Positions 18,406-25,591 of a stretch of DNA of 46,337 bases are shown here, piece after piece. The position numbers and the translations under genes are program-made. The notes below the pieces were generated by a model. The model saw only the letters and a program-made list of their open reading frames with translations. It did no database searches and was not told the origin of the DNA. Numbering within the stretch: the first letter of the stretch is position 1; the number at the start of each line of letters is the position of its first letter. Source of the stretch: an uncultured Candidatus Saccharibacteria bacterium (GTDB lineage Bacteria > Patescibacteriota > Minisyncoccia > Phycocordibacterales > JACOZG01); the NCBI GenBank assembly GCA_964651115.1, contig CAZYXJ010000002.1, positions 1 through 46,337 on the forward strand, read 5' to 3'.

Positions 18406-19665
18406 TTAACTTGAGCTTTTTTTAATTAGACTCCAAGACAGGAAGAAGCTTATTGCCCGGGTTAAAATCCTGGCAACAATAATTCCCCAAATCCCCAGCC
18501 AAATCGTTCCCCCGACCAGAAGGGCGATCTTTAAAACATTCGTGGCGCTGTTTAGGATATATTGTTCTTTAATGGCCATCGTAGCCTTAAGAGCCGCTCC
18601 CGCGAGTCCGCCTTCAAATATTAGAATTATGGCAAATAATCGGGAATAGGGAATGGCGTCCAAATACTGGGGGAAGAAAATTTTAAATAACCAGGGAGCT
18701 GCCACAATATACCCAATGATTAATGGCAAAGTAATTATGGCCATTAAGATTATTTTTCGAGAAATATTGGCGGAAATTTTAGTTCTAGAATGTTGAGAAA
18801 ATTTTGGTATCGCCATCGTCCCTACGTTTTTTAGTAGAGTTCTGGCTTGTTCGGGAATCGCGGTGGCTAGAGAGTAAGTAGCCAATGCTCCGGCTCCCAT
18901 GATTTGGAAAGCGATGACTTTATCTATGTAGGTAGCGATAACATCCAGGGCATTAATGATGCTGAGATGCAAGCTAAAATTTTCACTGGCTGGTTCGGGC
19001 GGGTGGTTGGGGCCATGCCGCATAATGGCGTAATGGACCGATGCGGCAACTAGTCCGTTGGCTAGGTAGTAGGCGGCAATGACGGCAATTGTGGAACTGG
19101 AAAAGCGGATGGTTAGAATTATTAAAATAGCCGGAATCACCGTAGTGATTGCTCCCGTTTCTGCTAGTTGCCGAAATCTGCCTTTTCCTGCCAGATAAGA
19201 ACGATACAAAAGCCAGCTGGTCAGGAGGGGGTTGGTGAAGGCGATAATAGCCATTCCCCAACCCAAAGGATAGTTTTGATTTAAGAAATAGTAAGCGCTT
19301 ATTCCTAGGGCAAGAGTAATAAAACCAATACTCCATTTTAAGTTTTTTCGTGCGGCTACGTGGGCTAGGCCGTTTTGGCCACGAGCTACCGACTGAATAA
19401 TGGCCGTGTTTAGTCCGGTTAGCGAGGCGGCCGAGAGCATCCCCGCCATTGAGAGAAGGTATTTATAGGCTCCATACGAGTCTTTGGGGAACCAGTTGGC
19501 GAAAGCTAGTGTAATGGCAAAACCACTAATTGCCGCCACTCCTTGGCCGATCGTCAGCCATAAGCTACCCCAAGCCGCATAGTGGAGGTTAATTTTTGTT
19601 TTTTTGCCTAGGAAATCTAGAATCGTGTTGATATATTCTCCGGCGAGGCGAGCAAATCGGCCCAT
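18406..19665 (-). CDS. Polysaccharide/oligosaccharide flippase (Wzx, MOP superfamily)
   Basis: A ~12-TM, 419-aa profile in a glycan locus. Confidence 0.65.
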   Translation of the reverse strand: MGRFARLAGEYINTILDFLGKKTKINLHYAAWGSLWLTIGQGVAAISGFAITLAFANWFPKDSYGAYKYLLSMAGMLSAASLTGLNTAIIQSVARGQNGLAHVAARKNLKWSIGFITLALGISAYYFLNQNYPLGWGMAIIAFTNPLLTSWLLYRSYLAGKGRFRQLAETGAITTVIPAILIILTIRFSSSTIAVIAAYYLANGLVAASVHYAIMRHGPNHPPEPASENFSLHLSIINALDVIATYIDKVIAFQIMGAGALATYSLATAIPEQARTLLKNVGTMAIPKFSQHSRTKISANISRKIILMAIITLPLIIGYIVAAPWLFKIFFPQYLDAIPYSRLFAIILIFEGGLAGAALKATMAIKEQYILNSATNVLKIALLVGGTIWLGIWGIIVARILTRAISFFLSWSLIKKSSS

Positions 19666-19731
19666 GGCTGTATCCTATCCAATTTACTTCATATTGTATA
19701 TAGCCGCTGGTCCATGTATATTGTGTTACGT

Positions 19732-20370
19732 ATGAATTCTTCCGTTCAAGTGCCTTCTCGTTATTATTTCCGTAGAGCCTACAATAGCCTAGAGCGTTTT
19801 ATCTCTTACTTTCATCAAGCTGATTTGGTTTCAGAACTGGAACCAGAAACGATCCTTGAAGTAGGAATGGGGAGCGGTTTGCTGTCATCTCATTTGCGAT
19901 CTTTGGGGGTTAAGGTTACGACGTGTGACTTTGATGAATCTGTTTGTCCAGACGTTGTATCTGATGTTCGATCGCTACCTTTTGAGGATAAAAGTTTTGA
20001 TGTGTCGATTGCTTGTGAGGTTTTAGAGCATTTACCTTTTTCAGAGGTGGGATTGGCTCTATCGGAACTTGCTAGGGTGAGTCGTCGGGCGATAATTGTT
20101 TCGGTTCCGTATTGTTCCACTGGGTGGGAATTTGTTTTTCGCTTTCCTTTTATCCGTCGATTTCTGGGCCGGGCATTTCTAAGTGGTTATTGGCGATGGC
20201 CGTTAAAATTTTGGGGCTTCGAAGAGTCGGGGCAACATTACTGGGAGATTGATAGAAAAGAATTTCGTTTGGATCGGGTTCGAAAACTTTTTTCTTCCGT
20301 GGGTAAAATTACTCGAGAATTTTCTCCCCCTCTTGATCGATACCAATATTTTTTTATTATTTCCCTGTAG
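19732..20370 (+). CDS. Class I SAM-dependent methyltransferase
   Basis: ILEVGMGSGLL, SFDVSIACEVLEHLPF and IIVSVP. The start ATG 19732 follows TATATT (19717-19722). Confidence 0.7.
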   Translation: MNSSVQVPSRYYFRRAYNSLERFISYFHQADLVSELEPETILEVGMGSGLLSSHLRSLGVKVTTCDFDESVCPDVVSDVRSLPFEDKSFDVSIACEVLEHLPFSEVGLALSELARVSRRAIIVSVPYCSTGWEFVFRFPFIRRFLGRAFLSGYWRWPLKFWGFEESGQHYWEIDRKEFRLDRVRKLFSSVGKITREFSPPLDRYQYFFIISL

Positions 20371-20375
20371 AAAAT

Positions 20376-21140
20376 ATGTCGACTAATAAGCAAAATGAAA
20401 AACTGACCGGGGAATATGTGCAAAAATTTTATAATCGCTTTTTATCGGAAAGCGGAGCTTCTTATCGTTGGTATCGCTGGGAAAGTAATTTGGTTGCCAG
20501 ATATCATTTTAATCAAATGGCACGGACATTAGATCCTGTGTTGAGCCAGGTTAGGGGGACAGTTTTGGAAGTTGGGGGAGGTGATGGGGTGTGGACAGAG
20601 AGGTATCTACCTTTGGTGGACCGGTTAGTTTTTTTGGACATTTCGGAGTCGATGATTTCTCAAGCTCAGAAACAGCTCAAGTCTTCTAGGGTTGAGTTTG
20701 TCCGAGCGGATTTTTTAAATAATCAGTTACCAAGCAGTAGTTTTGATTCAATTGTTTCTATTAGAAATTTTGAATATTTTCCAGATAAAGAACGGGCAAT
20801 GTTAGAATTTAATCGTCTGGTTCGACCGGGTGGAAAAATTATTTTAGTAACCAAGAATCCTCGGGCCGATTGGCGGAAATATTTTAGGGCCAAGACTCTT
20901 CATTCGGGCCAACTTTCTTTAAAACAAATTAGCGAATTGGCCAGTCAAAATTCTTTGGAGATTGAACTAATTAAACCAACGATTTTTGGGAAAAAGATTT
21001 CTTGGCCGATTGTTGGTCAACTATTTGATCTGTTGCACCGTTTTATCGTATCGATGGGGTTTAACTTTATTCCGTTGGCATTGATGGAATTTTTTTCTGA
21101 GAGTTTTTTAATTATGTTAAAACGGACCAATGATCGCTGA
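20376..21140 (+). CDS. Class I SAM-dependent methyltransferase
   Basis: VLEVGGGDGVW, FDSIVSIRNFEYF and RLVRPGGKIILV. Confidence 0.7.
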   Translation: MSTNKQNEKLTGEYVQKFYNRFLSESGASYRWYRWESNLVARYHFNQMARTLDPVLSQVRGTVLEVGGGDGVWTERYLPLVDRLVFLDISESMISQAQKQLKSSRVEFVRADFLNNQLPSSSFDSIVSIRNFEYFPDKERAMLEFNRLVRPGGKIILVTKNPRADWRKYFRAKTLHSGQLSLKQISELASQNSLEIELIKPTIFGKKISWPIVGQLFDLLHRFIVSMGFNFIPLALMEFFSESFLIMLKRTNDR

Positions 21141-21690
21141 GCTCTATGGCCTGCCCGGCAGTGGCAAAACAACCAAGGCCAAGGATTTGGCAGTAGAGTA
21201 TTCTTTGGTGGAGGTTTCTGGTCGCTGGGTGTTGGTGGGGTTGGTGTTACGTTTTGCAGTTAGACATCCGTTTTCTTGGCTTTGGTGGCATCTTGTTTGG
21301 GTGTGGTATGGTCGTTGGGGGCTGATGTATTACCGCTATTTTTTAATGTTGAGGACGATGTCGATGGTAGCCCGGGCAGAGCGGGATGCTGGTCGTGGGG
21401 GAAATGTTTTAATTGACGAGGGGTTGATTCAAAGAATTTTGACTATTGCGGAGCGGCCTGTTTCGGTGAATGTGTTGCGATTATGGCTACGTTTTTGCCC
21501 GCCCTTTGGGCGGATTTTGGTCATGGGTGGAGGAGACTTTTTCCGTTACCAACAGGCGGCTGATCGATTTAAAAATCCTCGTGTGGTGCTTGGCCAGCAA
21601 TACTTAGATCGATGGAAAGTGGTCATTACTATTAACCACGAACGGTTGCTGGCGCTGCTGGTTTCTTCGCGGCTTGCTACACTATATTAA
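21130..21690 (+). CDS. P-loop NTPase of unknown function
   Basis: Walker A GLPGSGKTT at residues 8-15, a Walker B-like VLIDEG, and a Trp-rich hydrophobic insert between them. Confidence 0.5.
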   Translation: MIAELYGLPGSGKTTKAKDLAVEYSLVEVSGRWVLVGLVLRFAVRHPFSWLWWHLVWVWYGRWGLMYYRYFLMLRTMSMVARAERDAGRGGNVLIDEGLIQRILTIAERPVSVNVLRLWLRFCPPFGRILVMGGGDFFRYQQAADRFKNPRVVLGQQYLDRWKVVITINHERLLALLVSSRLATLY

Positions 21691-22830
21691 ATGAAGACTT
21701 TAAGCATGTTTCGAGGCTATCGTTTAGTGTTGGTAATTTTAGTTGCCTCTCTCTGGGGTATTCTTCTGATTAACATTTTTCCACGAGTGCCCGTGATTTC
21801 TGACTTTGCTGATTATGACAGTATTGCCCGTTCAATTGTTGCCTTCGGCGTTTATCCTACGATATCCCCTGAGCGGCTAATTTATCCTCCGCTTTACCCT
21901 TTATTTCTGGCTGTTGGTTATGCTGCTGGTTTGTCGTGGCCAGAGATTTATCTGGTCCAGTTTATTGTCTTGGGTTTAATTGCTTGGCTGACTTCTAGAT
22001 TGGTCGGGGATCTTTCCAAGAATTATAAATGGATTTCAGGTGTAGCTTTTTCGGTCGTTATGTTGTGGCCTTACTTCTTGCTATATGCCCAAGTTATTAG
22101 CAATGAAGTTTTGTTCTCCCTTTTTTTATTGGCTGCCGTGGCTCTTACCATAGAGGCCTTTGATCGTCCTGCCGATTCTCGCAGAATGATGTTTTTGGGT
22201 GGGACTTATGCGGTCGCGGTGTTGATCAGGCCAGTAGCTTTGTTGTTATTGCCCTGGACTTTGGGGTGGATTTTTATTACCAGTGGCTCTTACTCGTGGA
22301 CTTCAATTAGGACATTTATTGGACGTTGGTTTTTGGCAATCTTCACTTTCGTGATCGTTTTAGCGCCGTGGTTGATTTTTAGTCGCGTCCAATTTGGTTA
22401 CTGGTTTCCGGTGGCTTCTAATTTGGGTGCTGTTTTTTCTAAGGCAAATGAAACGATGTCTTATTTAGGAGATTCTGCATCTTCGGAAACTTTGGCTAGG
22501 GCAAAGATCAAGAATTTTTTCTGGTTTTGGAGCCCCGGGGCCGGGGGATATCACGCCGCTCAGTTAATAAACCACTATCCTTTGGCGAGGTGGGGAATTG
22601 TATTTTATCAATTTTTCTACTATTTAATCTTGGCTCTGGCGGCCTTAGGGGCGTGGAAATTTCGTCACTGGCCGATAGCGGTTATTCCCATAACCGTTTT
22701 TTATTTTTGGTCCCTGCATACAGTGCTTTTCCCTTTTCCTAGATATACTTTACCAATTATCCCTCTTGTGATAATTTTGGCATGCGTTGGTTTTATCAAT
22801 ATCTTGAATTTTTTTCATCGTGACCGTTGA
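21691..22830 (+). CDS. Polytopic membrane glycosyltransferase, GT-C fold (GT39/GT83, ArnT/PMT-like)
   Basis: About 10 TM segments, an acidic first loop SDFADYD, and a position beside the GT2 and GtrA genes. Confidence 0.5.
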   Translation: MKTLSMFRGYRLVLVILVASLWGILLINIFPRVPVISDFADYDSIARSIVAFGVYPTISPERLIYPPLYPLFLAVGYAAGLSWPEIYLVQFIVLGLIAWLTSRLVGDLSKNYKWISGVAFSVVMLWPYFLLYAQVISNEVLFSLFLLAAVALTIEAFDRPADSRRMMFLGGTYAVAVLIRPVALLLLPWTLGWIFITSGSYSWTSIRTFIGRWFLAIFTFVIVLAPWLIFSRVQFGYWFPVASNLGAVFSKANETMSYLGDSASSETLARAKIKNFFWFWSPGAGGYHAAQLINHYPLARWGIVFYQFFYYLILALAALGAWKFRHWPIAVIPITVFYFWSLHTVLFPFPRYTLPIIPLVIILACVGFINILNFFHRDR

Positions 22831-23800
22831 GTCTATTTTGGTTTTTGTGCCCGCACGAAATGAAGCAAAAACCATTGCTAGCGTTATTTCCACGGCTAAA
22901 GCAGTAATTTGTCAGACTGTGCCGGCGGCTCAAGTTTCGGTGGTGGTGATTGATGATGGGTCAGAAGATGAGACGGGGAGTCTGGCTGGAGCGGAGGGGG
23001 CGATAGTTTTTAGACACGAGACTAGTCGAGGTCTAGGTGCAAATTTTTCCCAGGCGGTGGCCTATGCTATTCGTACTGGGGTCGACGTTATGGTAACAAT
23101 TGATGGCGATGGCCAATTTTTTGCTGAAGACCTGCCTTCTTTGCTGGGGCCCGTTTTAACTGGTTCGGCGGATTTTGTTACTGGTAGTCGGTTTGCTCGG
23201 GGTTGGGATATACCCAATATGTCTGGGGTAAAAAAGATGGGTAACCGCCTGATGTCCTTGTTGGTCAGTTCGATTTTGGGGCGACGCTATCGAGATGTGT
23301 CGTGTGGTTTTCGGGTCTACGGTCGAGAGGCGCTGTTGCATCTTAATTTGTTTGGCCGCTTTACTTATACTCAGGAAACTTTTCTCAATCTTGGCTACAA
23401 ATCTTTAAGATTGTGCGAGGTGCCCATTCGGGTTCAGTATTTTCCAGAGCGACGGTCTAGAATTGCCGGCAATATTGTTCGTTATGCGTGGCAAACACTG
23501 CTAATTATTGTAAAATCTCTATTGTATTATCGGCCGTTGCGTTTTTTGGGTGCGTTAGCGGTAATTTTAATTTTTCCCAGTTTGGTTTCTTTGGCGGTTT
23601 TGAGCGTCCGCTATTTGGAGACGGGATTGATTAGTCCTCATAAGGGGGTAGCGATCACTTCCTTGGTTGGGATGGCTGTGGGGATTGGTATTTTTTCTTT
23701 GGGGGTGGTGTGTCAAATTATTAGTCGGTTGCAATTTACTGCTGACGCTATCTTATATCATGAACGACGCCGATCCGAGCATTACCCAATTCACCGATAA
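22820..23800 (+). CDS. GT2 polyprenyl-phosphate glycosyltransferase (GtrB/ArnC/DPM1-like)
   Basis: VFVPARNEAKTI, VVIDDGSEDET, TIDGDGQ and two C-terminal TM helices. GTG start. Confidence 0.75.
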   Translation: MTVESILVFVPARNEAKTIASVISTAKAVICQTVPAAQVSVVVIDDGSEDETGSLAGAEGAIVFRHETSRGLGANFSQAVAYAIRTGVDVMVTIDGDGQFFAEDLPSLLGPVLTGSADFVTGSRFARGWDIPNMSGVKKMGNRLMSLLVSSILGRRYRDVSCGFRVYGREALLHLNLFGRFTYTQETFLNLGYKSLRLCEVPIRVQYFPERRSRIAGNIVRYAWQTLLIIVKSLLYYRPLRFLGALAVILIFPSLVSLAVLSVRYLETGLISPHKGVAITSLVGMAVGIGIFSLGVVCQIISRLQFTADAILYHERRRSEHYPIHR

Positions 23801-24386
23801 ATACGAAAGGGGTAATTTTTTGACCCGCTGGCTTTTGAATAATTTTTTTTCTGCTGTGCGTCAGGCGATTCCAATGAAAAGTAAAATTTTGGAAATTGGT
23901 TGTGGGGCGGGATATTCGGCCGAAGAACTGTTTACTTATGTAGAAGCTCTTTCCTACCACGCTTCCGATGTTGATGGTCGACTAGCTACAATGGCTCGAG
24001 AACGGGTTACGGGAATTACCACAGCAACTGAGTCGGTTTATTCATTGCCCCATGCTGATAATAGTTTTGACGTGGTTATTGGCCTCGAGACCCTGGAGCA
24101 CCTAGAGCGACCGTCAGATGCCTTGGCTGAAATGTTGCGTGTTTCTCGAGATCTGGTTATCGTGAGTGTGCCACACGAGCCCTGGTGGAGAATTCTTAAT
24201 TGTTTGCGAGGTAAATATTTGAGTGATCTTGGAAATACCCCAGGACACATTAATCATTGGTCAGCCCATAGCTTTGCGGAGTTTGTGGGTCGTCAGGCTC
24301 GGGTGATCTCGCGTCGATTGCCAACACCCTGGATAGTCGTTGTAGCTAAAAAAACACCCCCCAATTATGATATCTCTGATTTATAA
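23760..24386 (+). CDS. Class I SAM-dependent methyltransferase
   Basis: ILEIGCGAGYS, SFDVVIGLETLEHLERP and VIVSVP. This is a paralog of the 19732 gene. Start trimmed to ATG 23760. Confidence 0.7.
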   Translation: MNDADPSITQFTDKYERGNFLTRWLLNNFFSAVRQAIPMKSKILEIGCGAGYSAEELFTYVEALSYHASDVDGRLATMARERVTGITTATESVYSLPHADNSFDVVIGLETLEHLERPSDALAEMLRVSRDLVIVSVPHEPWWRILNCLRGKYLSDLGNTPGHINHWSAHSFAEFVGRQARVISRRLPTPWIVVVAKKTPPNYDISDL

Positions 24387-24756
24387 TCTCCCGTGGAGGG
24401 AACTGGTTCGATATGGCACTGTTACGGCGGTTAGTTATGGTTTTTTATATATTTTTACAGTATCTTTAGTCGAGGTTTGGGGGTGGATGCCGAGCGCCGC
24501 TTATGCCGTTTCTTTAAGTTTGGTTTATGTCGGGGTCTATTTTTCTTATTCATTGTTCGTCTTTCAAAAATCTTTCACGGCCAGTACTGCTTTAAGATTT
24601 TTAATTTCTTTGGTGTTTATTTGGGCAATGAATAATTCCTTATTTTTTATTCTCCAGCAACTTGCAGGGCTACCTTATCGGCTGGTGATCGTTCTGAATT
24701 TGATAATTTTAGGTGGTGTGCGATTTTTTATTCAACGTCACTATGTTTTTCGATAA
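24367..24756 (+). CDS. GtrA-family small membrane protein
   Basis: 129 aa, 4 TM segments, ends in RFFIQRHYVF. Confidence 0.7.
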   Translation: MISLIYNLPWRELVRYGTVTAVSYGFLYIFTVSLVEVWGWMPSAAYAVSLSLVYVGVYFSYSLFVFQKSFTASTALRFLISLVFIWAMNNSLFFILQQLAGLPYRLVIVLNLIILGGVRFFIQRHYVFR

Positions 24757-25591
24757 GTCCAAGAACCAAGTTCCTACTGTCCTCTCCTTTGATTTGGAGT
24801 TGTGGCATGAAGGCGAATGGCTCAAGCCTTACATTTCTCCAAATCCTAGAGATTTTTTGGTGGAGTCGCTGGAACCCATTTTGGGATGGTTGAAAGCTTG
24901 CAACGGTCGGGCCACGTTCTTTGTGACTCGCCAGGTGATAGAAAAATATCCAGATATTGTTTCGGATCTGTCTCGTTGTGGTCATGAGGTTGCCAGTCAT
25001 GGGCCTCGCCATACTCGTCTCGCCAACTGGAAGCCTGACGAGTTTGAGCGTGAATTGGCAATTGATTCGAAAAAAATTTTTGATTTGACCGGCTTGACTC
25101 CGAAGGGTTTTAGAGCCCCTCATTTTTCCCTGACGGAAGATATTGAGTGGTTGTTTCCGGTACTGAGACGCCTTGGATTTCAATACGACTCAAGTATTTT
25201 TCCTGTTAAGACGGGTTCGTATGGCAGTGGCTCTTTTCCTTTTGTTCCCTTTTATAATTCAGGTTTGTGGGAATTGCCAGTCTTTATTAGGAGTTTTAAG
25301 GGTTGGAGGATTCCCGCCGCTGGAGGATTTTACTTTCGCCTGTATCCAGAGTTTATGTTTGGTTGGTTAATTTCTCAGTCCATGTCTTCTGATACCTGGC
25401 CGGTGCTATACTTTCACCCGCACGAGTTATGCGCCTTAACGCCTAAAATTAGGGGACCGTGGTTGAAAACCAAACTTAAGTATTATGGGGTTGATCGTTC
25501 ATTGGAAAAATTAAAAAGAGTTTTATCTGGACGCCAGGTTGTTAGTATGATGGAATATATTAATCATTTGAACAAGAAAAATAATTTATGA
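24743..25591 (+). CDS. Polysaccharide deacetylase family protein (NodB-like)
   Basis: LSFDLELWHEG, ATFFVTRQVIEKYPD and GHEVASHGPRH. Confidence 0.7.
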   Translation: MFFDKSKNQVPTVLSFDLELWHEGEWLKPYISPNPRDFLVESLEPILGWLKACNGRATFFVTRQVIEKYPDIVSDLSRCGHEVASHGPRHTRLANWKPDEFERELAIDSKKIFDLTGLTPKGFRAPHFSLTEDIEWLFPVLRRLGFQYDSSIFPVKTGSYGSGSFPFVPFYNSGLWELPVFIRSFKGWRIPAAGGFYFRLYPEFMFGWLISQSMSSDTWPVLYFHPHELCALTPKIRGPWLKTKLKYYGVDRSLEKLKRVLSGRQVVSMMEYINHLNKKNNL

